DNA of 64,000 bases from Podarcis muralis (GCF_964188315.1 NC_135670.1:62001-126000), one strand, 5' to 3'; numbered from the stretch's first letter, positions 1 through 21,698 are shown. The notes: generated by a model from the letters alone, not told the origin. A program made the numbers and translations.

Positions 1-1241
1 TGCAAGCTGCTCTGGCCCCTTCTGGGGCTGGAAAGTGGGATTTAAAAAATATTTAAGTGGGATATCACCATATATACTCTCTTCCCCTCCAACAGCAGCT
101 GTATGCAGTTTGTTAGCATCAGCCCACAGCTGTAGGCTAAAGTCAGGCCCCAGAGACAGCAATAAAACAGCCGGTGTGAGTGAAGTTGACTCTTTATTCA
201 AAGAAACCGAAACAGTGCAGGCCTAGAGATCACAGCAACTCTTCCCCATAGACCTTGCCCCAGTGCAGCCGTTGGGAGGGCTGCCCACCGCTCTGCAAGG
301 CTCCTTCCACAAATTAAGCCAGGGACTCTGTCCCACTGACCACAGCCACCCACTAAAAATAAAGCAAGGTGACACTCCTCAAAGTTTCCATTTAAGTAGA
401 AACATAAAATGTTGCTTTTTACCTAGATCTATTTGCTTAACATTGTCTGCACTGACTGGCAGCTGCTCCACGGGGTTTCAGAAACAGGAGGCATTCCCAG
501 ACCATACTGAAAACGCCTGTGTGCAAATCATGTGCTCTGCTGCCAAGCATTTGAACTGGTGGCTCTTTAACCTCTCCCTGAAAAAGCTCCCCAGTTGCTT
601 TGCTGTCCAGACGACTACGAGTGGCTGGAAAACGAATGGTCCTGAGAGGGGCTTCCTGGCGACGGGGCTGCAGCTTCCCAAGTGCTCAGCTTCCATCTTT
701 CACAAAAGGAGAATCTGGCACCTGCCCAAACTTGCTGCTTCCTTTCTCCGGCTAATGGTACGTTTGTGGTACATGGACAAAGGCAAGCAGCCTTACAATG
801 CTCAGCAGCCCAGAGAGATGTGGAGGAGAAGGCATCATGTCCAGGGGAAAAGCCCTGTTTGATCACCTGTTTAAACAGTTCCGTTTCTGTTCCGGAAGGT
901 CTGAATAGCCACGGGAAATATTTGCTCACAGTATTTTGATATCTCAGTGTTTGCTGCTAAGTATGACAAAACACTCACTGGGGGGGGGGGGGGCTGTGAG
1001 GAGAACCGGGGAGGGATCCTCCAGCTTTGCTTGTCAAAATGGCAAGGGAAGGGTGGTGCTTGGGAGGTGAGGGGCCATTTTGAAAGAGCTACCTGCCCAC
1101 CTGGCACACACGGGGGCTTGAGGCGCTCTTGGCCCTGAACTGGAGCAAGTCAGCAAGGCCTCAGGACTGGCTGCAAATCGCCTGCCCCAGGTGGTAGTGG
1201 GGGCGGTCAAAGGATGCTGCCCCATCCCCAGTAGGCACCAC

Positions 1242-1369
1242 CAGTGCTATTTTTCTAGAAAAAAGAGGTGCTGGAACTCACCATGCACCCCTTTCTCATT
1301 CTCTTAGAATGGCAAATGGCGCCCACCTGAGAGGTGCCAGAACAGAGTTCCGGCTGACAAAAAGCCCTG
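1242..1369. mobile_element. hAT MITE
   Basis: TIR CAGTGCTATTTTT / AAAAAGCCCTG; 8-bp TSD ggcaccac / gtcaccac. Confidence 0.8.
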
Positions 1370-1892
1370 GTCACCACCCCCTTCGTGTAAAAGGCTTCCC
1401 CAGGAACGTGCAGAAATAGACAACCTGCTCAGAAGTCCGCCCCCCCCCTGTGGCTGCAAAGGGCAGCAAAGGAGCCCCTGTCTTGGCGTGGCTCCGCTGC
1501 TGCCGCTGCCCATGCTCCTCTCTCATGGTGTGTATGTGAAACCTGAAGCCAAATTATCACCTCCAGAGCAACGTTTCAGTCCAAACTGACATTTACTATA
1601 AACACCGGGGCTAAATTCTGTAAACGCAAACTTCAAACCCCAAACACTCCACCCGGCAACAAGAGAGGATCAGCCTGGTGCTCTCAGGAGGCACAAGGGA
1701 AGGGGAGCAAAGGGGGGGCCCAGCTCCCCTCAGAGACCACCAGGCGCCAGCCGGGACTCTGGCTTGCCCAGGGAGCCGGAAGAAAGATGGCTGGACAAGG
1801 CAAGCTCATGCCTAGAACAGAGACACTTCCTGGCACAGTGGACTAGAAGCTGCAATCACCTCTCTTCAGATGTGGGTTTTTGTGAGTGACAG

Positions 1893-2080
1893 GAGCTCAG
1901 CAGTGGAACAGCTGCTTGGCATGCAGAAGGTCCCAGGTCCAATTCCCTCTGGCATTGCCAGGCAGAGCTGGGAGAGGACCCTGAGTGTGAAGCCCTGGAA
2001 AGCCACGGCCACAAAGCGTAGACAGTACTGAACCAGGCAGACCAATGGTCTGACTCAGAAGAAGGCAGCCTTCTCCCTAT
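1893..2080 (+). mobile_element. tRNA-derived squamate SINE with CR1-type tail; further degenerate copies near 6335-6500(+), 9780-9880(+), 29590-29820(-), 38050-38215(+), 38405-38560(-), 49160-49300(-), 53270-53440(-)
   Basis: GCTCAGCAGTGG..CTGCTTGGCATGCAGAAGGTCCCAGGTCCAATTCCC head and ..GACCAATGGTCTGACTCAG..AAGGCAGC tail, shared between copies. Confidence 0.75.
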
Positions 2081-2677
2081 GCAGGGGTGCCTGTGATCTG
2101 ATAAAGACTATCATGGCGCCTATTGACCAGCTGCAGAGAGTCCACAGCTTTGTCCTCCCAACACCTCAGCACCAGCCGCCTCACTCTGCCTAATGGTAGG
2201 GCAAGGTTTTCAGCCAGCTTTCTCAGTTAAACACCACCATCCCAGTGGGCTGGTGGGGACGGGGTCGGGGCTTCTCCTTAGCTAAAATTGTAGTGCTTGG
2301 GGCATGAGCTGCGTTGAGCTTTCCCAGGCAGAACCAGCACCATGTTAACAATGGGCAGCCTGGCTGGACTCCAAGGTGATCCTCCTGGCCCCATTAGGGC
2401 GAGGGTCAGCCTCCTCTCCCATGTCTCCATTCCCACCTGGAGTTAGCTGGAAGCTGCCCCCCACCAACCCACAAAGATTCATCTCTGGTCTAGGGCTCTC
2501 CTGCTGCTGCCTCGAGAGTTGCCACCCAGGCCTCCTGTGACTCCCCTCCCTGCAGTCCTTTATGCCCCTGGAATCCAGCAAAGGGGCACAGGAAGCGCCT
2601 TCTCCCCCCCCCCCCAAAGGCTCTCTCAGGCAGCAGGGTCTAGGGACAGAGGAAGCTGCCTTGCAACACGTCAGACC

Positions 2678-3096
2678 CAGTGCCAGATTTACATATAAGC
2701 TAAACAAGCTCTAGCTTAGGGGCCCACTCTCTTGGGGGACCCCAAAAAAATTAAAGGGAAAAAATGGATGTACATTTCCAAAATATGATAAAAACAAATA
2801 AAATAAAACTTACATACAGCAACAGTGTTTTGTGTTGTGTGGGCTCCTATGATGTAAGTAATGGGCCCCACTTGCTCCCTAAAATATCACTGGTTTGCTC
2901 CTTTCTATATATAGGGTGCCTACATTCTGCATGTGCAAATGGCTTTAGATACCTATTAGGTCCATAAATTACCATATAGTATATATTCAACACGAAAAAC
3001 AGCGACAATTTGTTGTTGACAAAGGACAGCTGGTCATATAAAGGGCCCCATTACCTTCAGGAGCTGAGGGCCACATCAAACCTCAATCCGGCCCTG
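2678..3096. mobile_element. hAT non-autonomous element, 419 bp
   Basis: TIR CAGTGCCAGATTTA / TCAATCCGGCCCTG; 8-bp TSD gtcagacc / gtcagatc. Confidence 0.85.
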
Positions 3097-3327
3097 GTCA
3101 GATCACTGGGGCCCATTTAGTACAGCAATATCTGCCCTGGCCAGCAGCAGCTCCCCAGGGTTTCAGGCGGGGAATCTTTAACTTGTGAACACCCAATGAA
3201 ACTGATTATTGGAAAATTCAGGTTTGACAAAACGAAGGACTTCTTTGCACAGAGCGCAGTTAAACCACAGAACTCTCTCCAACAAGAGGAAGTTATGGCC
3301 AACAGTTGTAAAAGAGGAGTAGACATA

Positions 3328-3585
3328 CAGTGGTACCTCGGGTTAAGTACTTAATTCGTTCCGGAGGTCCGTTCTTAACCTGAAACTGTTCTTAACCTGA
3401 AGCACCACTTTAGCTAATGGGGCTTCCTGCTGCCGCCGCGCTGCTGGAGCACAATTTCAGTTCTCATCCTGAAGCAAAGTTCTTAACCCAAGGTACTATT
3501 TCTGGCTTAGCAGAGTCTGTAACCTGAAGCGTCTGTAACCTGAAGCGTCTGTAACCTGTAGCGTCCGTAACCCGAGGTACCACCG
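3328..3585. mobile_element. Tc1/mariner-pogo (Tigger-like) MITE inserted in a degenerate CR1 tail
   Basis: TIR CAGTGGTACCTCGGGTTA / TAACCCGAGGTACCACCG (1 mismatch), TA on both sides; internal 15-bp tandem repeats near the right end. Confidence 0.9.
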
Positions 3586-4272
3586 TATTCAGGGAAGCTA
3601 GGCATGATGGCTGTGTGCTGCCTTCATTGCCAGAGGGAGCAATTACATTTGAATAATACCAATTTCTGGGCAACACAAGTGGGAAGAGGGGCTTGGGTTG
3701 ACCTCATTATACACCAGTTGACTCAAGCAGGGCTGGGAAGAGCAGGGTAAGTTCCAGTTTGCAGCTCTGTGAAACTTGAGGGTCCTGGGGGGCTTAGGAG
3801 CCACACAGCCTGGTTTCTGGGATCCCTCTCTGCCCACTGCTGGCTCTGCTGCTGGGGGTCTTGTTAAATCCCCACAACTGCCGTTTTCCAGGGTGCCCTG
3901 CTGCCACTTACTAGCATCAGACCATCTGTTCCTCCAACCTTTTGCTCCTGACTCAATGGGCTGGGGGCTGAGGGGTGGTTTCCCCTCTTATGTGGGGCAA
4001 ATTCTTCCCTCAGTTGAGCCAAACACAACCTGCTTTGCAAGAACCTCTGTGTTTTGGTTATGCTCTGTTTGCCAACAGAGAAAGTTACTTTTGTGTGCCT
4101 GGCCTATAAATCCGGCCAGTTTACACAAGATACTTAGGTCCCTGTTCCCTCACACACCTGCTGTCCTCACTTTATCCACAACAGCACAGGTAGGTAGACG
4201 CCAAGGGCTGTAGTCCAATAACAGCTGGAGACCCAAGTTAGAGAACTATTGTGTGACTAGGTTGCCAAAGTC

Positions 4273-4381
4273 TGGCATAAGTGCACTTGTGGATTACAGT
4301 CCGCTCACATCTGACAAAGTAGACTGTTGTCCATGAAAGCTTAGGCCATGATAAATATGTTAAGTCTCTAAGGTGCCCACA
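4273..4381. mobile_element. Penelope-like element terminal-repeat relic in inverted arrangement, with degenerate hammerhead motifs
   Basis: CTGACAAAGTAGACTGTTGTCCATGAAAGCTTAGGCCATGATAAATATGTTAAGTCTCTAAGGTGCC preceded by an inverted copy; related tail on the minus strand at about 8825-8880. Confidence 0.6.
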
Positions 4382-4383
4382 GT

Positions 4384-4414
4384 CATTCATTCATTCATTC
4401 ATTCACTCACTCAC
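4384..4414. repeat. (CATT)n/(CACT)n microsatellite
   Basis: Read directly. Confidence 0.85.
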
Positions 4415-5049
4415 GCACCCACCCTTTCTTTCCAAGGAGCCCAGGGCAGCAAGCAAGAAGCAAACAGTTTATTGTTTTAAATATATATTTTTAGATGTGC
4501 TTAAACAATTCCAGTACAGATGCAGACTTTTTATTGAATTTCCCCAGAGGAAAAAAATTAATACTTAAGCTCAGCGAAGACCAATAAAACAAACACACAA
4601 AGTAATTCTCCCTTCTAGCAGCCAACACACACGATAAACACATCAGTAAAGGAGACTCTCCCTTGGCCAAATCATCTATTTAAAAGCAAAACACGCAGAA
4701 ATATGAACACACTCAAGACAAAATGACACGCTCAAGACAACATGAGTCAAACAATTTCTTCCTCTCTTAAATCTTATCCAGAGAGCCGGTTTCACCACCA
4801 GCAGGGGCTTCGGAGCTGCTCTCGTGTGTTTTTTGCGGAGTTTTAATTCTAGCTGCAATTAGTTTATCAGTCAAGAGTTTTCCTGCCTTACATCATTCTT
4901 AATAAGCGGATCAGGACAACTGATGGGTTAAATACCAGGAGCTCTTGCTCAGTGAGATCCTTTATTACAATAATTAACACACTCCAAAGGGAAGCTCTTT
5001 CCCCCCTCAGACAAGCCCCTCAAATGCGGAACCCAGTCAGCCCGGGGGG

Positions 5050-5950
5050 CTCTCAGCACCCCCAGCTGCCCATAAGAGACATTCTGCCAACAACCACCCC
5101 CGGCCACCCGGCCTTTATCTGCCATAGTCCCGCATGGAAGTGTACGGCGGGTGTTTGTCTGGCCAACTCTTGAGCGCGGAATCGGAGATCTCCAAACTCT
5201 GCTCTGGGCCAGTTTGCAGGGCGCTGGGTGAGGGGAGCAAGTCGAAGGCTTCTACCTACCTGGGCTGACGCTTTGGGGAGGAGGGGGGGGGAGAGAGTTG
5301 AGTCTGCAGCAAAGCACCACCTGGGCACCCCCCCCGCAAAGCACTTCTGCACCCCCCAGCGACCCAGCAGCTGCCCAGCGCAGGAGGCACTTACTTTCTG
5401 CTGCAACGGGCTCAGGCGGAGCCAGCCAGAAGAGGCAAAGGATCAGCAGGGCTTCCTTGGCCGGCCAGAAGGCGAGAGCGGGGCTCCCTCCTTTCACCTT
5501 CCGCTCCATGGTCCATGAACACCCCAGTTCTGGAGGGCAAAGGAGGAGGGGAGGGGGCAACATGGGGGGGTGGAAACGTTGGCTGGGCTCCACTCTCAAT
5601 CACAAGAGGCCGGGGGTTCTCTTTCATGGGCCCCCCCCCTCCCACCACAGAGGGTCAGGTCCACAGCAAAGGGGTGAGCAGCAGCCCCTGGGCTCTGGCT
5701 GGTCCCTCCCGGGGGCGGCGGCGGCGGCTGCTCTCCATCCTACTGCCCAGAAGCCTCTGGCCCCCCTGGGAGTCCGGCACCGGGTCACCGAGAAAGGAGG
5801 GAGAGCGGACACATCCCCCCCGCCAGGGCAGCTCAGGGGCGGAGCCCGTCTGCTTTCTTGCACAGGCAACACAGGACCTTTTGCACACAAGCACGGCTTG
5901 CCCGTTGTGGTTGTGTGTGGCGGGGGGGGGGGGGGAGCAGCCCGCCTCTT
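5050..5950. promoter_or_regulatory. CpG-rich promoter region of the signal-peptide exon gene
   Basis: Local CpG enrichment around the 5509 ATG compared with flanks. Confidence 0.5.
5395..5509 (-). CDS. First coding exon encoding a signal peptide of a secreted or receptor protein; candidate insulin-receptor family member (INSRR-like). Rest of gene lies beyond the left edge
   Basis: ACCATGG Kozak context at 5509; 38 codons +1 nt MERKVKGGSPALAFWPAKEALLILCLFWLAPPEPVAAE with hydrophobic core LLILCLFWLA and small residues before the cleavage site; ends GAA A|gtaagt (phase-1 donor) as IGF1R exon 1 does (..GE|ICG); CpG-rich surroundings. No exon 2 found in 1-5394. Confidence 0.55.
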
Positions 5951-8900
5951 GCTCGAGGGCTGGAGAGCCAGAACTGGGCCAGTTCCAGCAGTTTGTTTTC
6001 GGTTGTTACTTCAAAATATTTAGCCTGACAACTGGAGCAAGATGAGGTTGGACGGAGGAACTGGCTTCCCTTTCTTGTTTGGGAAATAAGGAAAGGAGTG
6101 AGGAGCAGCCGCTGGAGGGAGAGAAAGTGGGGGGCAATCAGGAGGGGTGGGGAGCAGGGAAAGCACCTCAGGGCAGGAACGGGGTGCAGAGGCGAGAAGA
6201 GCGGGGCTCAAAAGGGGCGCCAATGAAAGAGGAGCAGAGGGGGAATCAGGGCAGGAAACTGGGGGGGGGGCAGAAGATCAGCTGCACTAACTGGCAGGAG
6301 CGCCTCCTGTTTGGGGAGGAAGGGCGGAAGCTCAGGGGCAGAGCAGCTGCTTGGCATGCAGAGCCCAGGTCCCCACTGGCACCATCTCCGCGTGGGAGAT
6401 GCCCTGCCTGAAAGCCACGGCTGCCAGAAAGTGTGTGGACAACGGGGAGCTGGATGGACCATTGCTCCGATGCAGTATGTGTAAGGCAGCTACGTACGCT
6501 CCTTATCCAACATTTTCGGGGAGGAGGTTTCCTTCTTCTTCTGTCTAGAGCACAGAGCAGAAGAAAGTCCCCATTTCACAGGTGGAGCTAAGATTTGTTC
6601 CAAGGACAGGGACCGCTCTCTGCTTCTCCAGCCAACCTTGCTGACCCTAGGCAACAATCGGATGCCTTTAATCCCTAAACGTGGGGACTGCCCCGTTCAA
6701 TGCACTCTGCACGTGCTCAGGGGGACTCTTCACTGCAAGCACCAACCCAGCCCTGCCCCTCCGCCCTCCCCAGTATCCCCACTCAGATCCCTCCCAGAGG
6801 TTGGCTCTGCAGCTCAGTTAGCTCAGTAGATCACATGAGGTTTCTGTCGGTCGCCTGAATGGCTGAGTCACATGGTACTCATTTCCTCTTCCCTCTCAAA
6901 CCATTTTCCTTTTCTGTCATGTTTTTAGATTGTGTGTCTGAGAGCAGGGATTGTCTTTGTGTTTTTAAAGTGATTTGTAAGCCACTGGGGGAGCATTTGT
7001 GATGGAAGAGCAGGATAAATAATCCTTTTAAACACACACACTAAATTATAAAAGGTACAACACTATCCTTACTATTGGGATTTCTCTACCTAAGGCAGAG
7101 ATGTCCTAACTTTAATGGGCACTTGCAGGCCTCCAGACACTACTGGGACTCCCAGCAGCCAGTGTGTCTGGTGCTCAGGGATTATGGGAGTTGTAGTCCA
7201 GAAACCTCTCAATGGCCACACAGGTGCCCCCTCCCTATATTTGGAAGGTACCAATTTAGAAGATACCAAATTCAGATGCTCATTCAAGGTAAAAGATCGC
7301 ACCAATCCTCCTCATTAACAAGCCTTAGCAGATTCCAAATTTTAAAGATAATGTCGCTTGTGGCTTCCTTACAACTAAACCTTGCCAACTGCTGACTTTT
7401 CATCCAGTCAGAGTCCGGTCAAAGTGAACTCTCATTCACCCCTTCATGAACTGCAAACTTTGCAGAAAGAAAGTTTTTCCTTTTTACAGGCATCAGGCTT
7501 GGGGTTCATTTTGCAAACGGGCTTGTTAGTTTTCTACACAAAGTTGGGTTTCATTATAAACTCTGTTTGCTCCTTTCTTCACTAAAACTGGAGGACGGTA
7601 ACAACCTGCTGGAGACCACAGGTGGGACTTTAAGGTTAGGGTTCCTGGCCCTTCAGCCACTAGGTTATGTTGTCAAGTTTGGCTCCTATTAGATTTAAAG
7701 CGCTACACCTTTAAAGTGTGTTTCTGCTCCCACCCACTCCAAGAACCCTGGGAACTGTAGTCACAGAACTACAATTCCCAGCACCCACAACATACCACAG
7801 TTCCTAGGATTCTTTAGTGGGAAGTCATGTGCTCTAAATGTGTGGTGTGTGCACAATCTCAAATCTTTTGTGCTTCACCTTCTGGCTGTGAAATAGTTTT
7901 CAAATCTGTAAAATTAAAGCTGCTACCTTGAATTGCACCCAGAAGGACTGCCCAACTTGCTTTCGTCAAGACTGAGGGCATGACTGACAGACTGACAGCT
8001 CGAAACAGAAAAGGCGTTGGATTATTCAACATGATGAGGGAGTCCCACCCCTTGGCTGCAGCTGCAACGCTAGTAATCAGGTGGCTGTTTAGTCGCTCCC
8101 TGTCTCACCATGGCTTTCCAAAAGCCAGCCTTTTCAACTTGCTCAATTAAGGACTTTAGGTAATGATTTCAAACAGTTCACCCCTGGCAAAACAGGTTGC
8201 CTGTGAAGTATCCAGGCAATTGGCTAAGTAACGAGCCGCAGAGCAGATAATAATCAATCAGGCACAACTTGACAGATCATACAAACACTTTAATCCCTGG
8301 ACAGCCTTTGCCAAAATCTAGGCAGCCAAAGCTGAAACAATGAACAGGCCACACAAAAATCCTGCATCCCCAAAGGTCAGTCCTGCATTGAAGTAAGCGT
8401 GGCGTCTGTGATGACTTGTGCTCTTTAAAACTATGCGCAAATATATATTGCACGATGCGCACGCTCCCTCTCCCGCTGGCCTTCGTGCTCAGTTGGGGCA
8501 CATGATGTGCAAGAACTGACAAAGGAGGGCTGTCACTTAGGTCTGCTCTCGCCACAGGCCTCCTGGTGTGCGCATGTGCAGAGTCGTCTTGGCCAAGTGC
8601 AACATTGCAAGCAGATCTCTTCCCCTGCCCTGCTCCAGAGGGCACTTCCACAAACACAAGCAGGCAGGTCACAAGCCTTGTGCCAGAGTCCCGTACCAGG
8701 ACGGCGGCAATGGCAGCTTGAAAAGAGGCTCCAGAGCAGCGGACAGAAGAGGAGGTGCAATCGCTTGCCAAAGAGGAGGAGGAGGAGGCCCTCCGCCCCA
8801 AAGCAAAAGGAACAGAAGAATCTTGCAGCACTTTAAAGACTAGCAAATTTATTATGGCATAATAAACTTTTGTGGGCCGCGGAGGCCTTGTGCAAAACCA

Positions 8901-9347
8901 TCAGCTGTCCAGTAAAGTCACAAGTGGTGTACGAAAATTTAAGACATACAAAATATATCAAACAAAGCGGCATCAAAGTGGTGGCGGAGTTGTAAACAGT
9001 GGGGTCAGAGGAAATGAAACACAGGGCATGACAAACAGTGATAGCTGCATAATTAACAGAAACAATTCACCATGTTGGTAATACTTTTTACAATTCTCTC
9101 CACGAGTATGAAAGTGTGTGTGTGAATATCTAGAAGACCAGAGTCCTTATATACCGGAGCACCCTCTGCTGACCACAAGAAAACCCTTTTTACTCCACCC
9201 CACAAAAACCACCCTGAACTCTTCACACTGGCCCTCCCTGACCTCCCTCCCCATGGTCTCAGTCCTTGCATTGTGGTGCCCCCTGCTGGCCAATTCTGTC
9301 CACTGCAGCCTCCGGAATGATTTTTATCTGCTGTCTACTCTGGGAAG

Positions 9348-9625
9348 CCCCTTCATGGATCACTGCCTTGCCGTAGCGAAGGGGCTTGAATAACTCAGAG
9401 AAGCTACGAGCTGTGCCGTGCAGGGCCGCCCAAGATGGACAGGTCATAGTGGAGAGTTTTGACCAAACGTGATCCACCTGGAGCAGGAACCGGCAAGCCA
9501 CTCCAGTATCCCTGCCAAGAAAACTCCATGGACAAAGGTAATAGGCATGAAGACAGGAGTGCCTGGGGTGCTCTGGTCCATGGGGTCACGAAGAGTCGGA
9601 CATGACTAAATGACTAAACAACACC
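9348..9625 (+). mobile_element. Internally deleted Bov-B LINE derivative (5-prime UTR joined to 3-prime end)
   Basis: GGCAAGCCACTCCAGTATCCCTGCCAAGAAAACTCCATGGAC joined to GAAGACAGGAGTGCCTGG..GGGGTCACGAAGAGTCGGACA..(ACTAA)(CAA) tail; 11-bp TSD actctgggaag (9337-9347, 9626-9636). Confidence 0.8.
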
Positions 9626-10682
9626 ACTCTGGGAAGAGGACAGAGCCAGGTGCTTTGCCCTGCTGGGCTCATGGCCGCCTCTGCCTCTCCCACCTCGGCA
9701 GCAGTGGTGGGGGGGGCAGCAACGTGTCGCTTGGCTTGGGAAGGACCACCGCGGCTCAGTGGCAGGGCATCTCCAGGTGCCGGTGGGAAAGGCTTCTCAT
9801 CTGAAACCTGGGCAGGCCACTGCTGCCAGTCAGTGCAGGCAACACTGAGCTAGAGGAAGCCCAAGGGCAGCTTTCTATGCTGAACTAGTTAAACTACAGG
9901 GTGGCCCCCGAACCCTCGTGGCAGCATCTCTGCAAGGTGGGCAGATATTACTTTCCCCCCAGTGCAGACTGTGTGGGTGGGAGATTATAGGTGCTGAGAG
10001 AGAGAGAGAGGAAAGAACTTGTCTACAGTCCCTTCATGAAATCCTAGAAAGAGGGGACACCTGAATCCTTGGGAATCACTCACAAACCCCTTTGTGAAGC
10101 AGTCGTTGATCTGCTTGACCTTTTAACTTGAACCAAATTCAGCAAAAACACAAAGCAGCCGAGCAGGAAGACACAGATGTTTCATTTCTTTGCTTGTATA
10201 GATGTCATTAACGCTATGCGCATTATTAAAAAGGGACCAGGGACCCTTTTTGGTCACGAATTCCTGGAGGAAGGGATGGGTAGTGGGGGGGGGGAGTGCT
10301 GGCATGGGGGGAGTGGAGTTCTGTTCCCCAAGTAGGTCAGAAATAGTTGGGAAGTAAATCTCCCGCTCCCCAAAAGCAAACTTACATACAAAGCATTTTT
10401 TTAAGAAGGCCCAAATGCTGGCCTCTGCTGGAAAACGCCAAGCCCCAGGGAGCTGGGGGCAGAGAGAGAGCTGTCTCCCGCCCACAATGGGAGCCCCCCC
10501 CCCCTTGGCACAGCAGGAGTGTGGGGCAACGCAGGCATTTAATGGTGGGCTCCCTCCCAGCAGGCCCCTTCCCTGTCCACATTGCAGCAACCATGGGCTG
10601 GTTGTCGAAGGCTGTGCCGCACCCTCCTGGGTTGGTGAATGGATGGGGCTGGAAGAGCAGGCTGCCTCCCGGTGTCCCTGAT

Positions 10683-20062
<9,380 letters not shown>

Positions 20063-21698
20063 CAGCTGCAAAAGGAAAGGAAGCGGTCAGCCTCTGCGAG
20101 GGATGGGCTGCTCTCCGCCGGGACCGAGGCCCTTCCCCGCCCGCACCAGCACCGGGCGATTTCCTATCTGCCCCACACTTTCCCACGGCCCTTCCACACG
20201 TGCCAGGCCACCCCCGCCCCGCAGATCTCGGCCTCCCAGCCGGGGGCGATTCCTCTCCGCGGGCCTCGTCGACGGAGAGAGGAGCGACTTCCTCATTGGG
20301 GGGGGGGGGTCTCTCTCTCTCTCTCCCCGCAGACAGGCCGGATTCCCCCCGCGGGGCGAGCGGAGGCTGCAGGAGACGGAGCCCCCTTGGCCGGCTCGCC
20401 GCACTCACGCGCTCGCTCTCACGGGCCCCTCTTGCTGCCGCCGCCCTCGGAGCTCCGGGAGGCAGCACCTGCAGGCGACCATCGCGACCTCCGGGCGCTT
20501 CCACTTCCTCCTCTTGGGGCTCCGGCAGCCGAGTCCCCTCCCAGCCGAGGAGCCTCGCCCTCCTGCGGAAGGAGCCCTCGGCACACCTGGCGGGAAGGGG
20601 CGGAGAGCCCAAGCGCCCCCCGGAGCTGCTTCCCACGCGCCCGATCCCGGAATGGGGGGAGGAATGGGGGGGGTGTCTCGCGGAGGAGGCCGCGCACGCA
20701 GGGCGGACCCGGGGGCCTGTGGATCGCGCTTGCCCGGCGATTCGTGCGCGGCGGGCTGCGCTGCAAGACGGCCGCCACTTCCTGCAGGAACCCAGCAGGT
20801 TTTGGACTCGGCGTTTGCTGCGCGATGGTGCAAGAGAGCAAGGCGGGATGTGGTGCGGACGGGCCACTCTCAAGCCGCTGCTAATGCGAGAGGCCTGCTT
20901 CGTAAGAAAACAGAACTGTGAGGTGCAGGTCTGGGGCGGCTGCACGCATATACATCTACATCAGGATCCGAAACAACAAGGCTCTGAATGTCCGTCCTGG
21001 GGGTCACAACAGCAGGAGGGGCGACTGGGCTCACATCGCGCTTGCAGGTTTCTCTGGAAGGTCGGGCGCTGCCTTATCTGCCGAGTCAGAGCACTGACTG
21101 GGGCTCTTCGGGCTTTCAGAAACGGGGGCCTTTCTCAGCCCTGCGGGGAGGGAATCCGGGACCTTCTGCACGCCGAGCAGCTGCTCTGCCACCGAACTCC
21201 GGCGGCCCATCCCTTAGCCTGGAGAGAGACCAAAGGCTCGGGAGGGGGCGAAAGCCGGGCTGGGGGCCGCTATTGTCCAGGCAGCTAAAGCGGGAGGCAG
21301 AAGCAGGAGGGGGCAGGAGCAGGGGGGGGAGCCTGCCAGGAGGAGAGGGAGGGGGGCCTTGCTTCACGGCGCCCCCACCCCGAAAGAAGCCTGCGCGTTC
21401 AAAAGCCGCTCCGCGCAAACGGGCCGCGGGAGGAAGGCGAAGGAGTCTCGCCGCCAGCCAGGCCAGGGATCCCACGAGCCAGGCCGGGTCCCTGGAGCAC
21501 CAGCAGCCTCTTTCCCATCTCGGGCAGCCCGAGGATCCTGGCCCTGGAGACGGGGAGGAGCAGGGCGGGCCGAGGCATCCATCCCGGCGGACACATTCCT
21601 TCCCCGCCTGGAGCTGGACGGCGCTGCTGCTCCGGGGGCGCATTTGTCTTCCCAGCTGGCCTCGCACGCCCCAAACGCAGCAGCAGCAGCACAAACAC

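Noticed and set aside
421-577. Exon-like segment on minus (acceptor tttttcag, donor TAG|gtaaaa)
   Set aside because: Stops in all three frames and no similarity to an insulin-receptor exon 2.
5510-10600. Searched for NTRK1 or SH2D2A exons expected from human synteny
   Set aside because: No matching peptide in any frame; the region is mostly repeats and regulatory-looking DNA.
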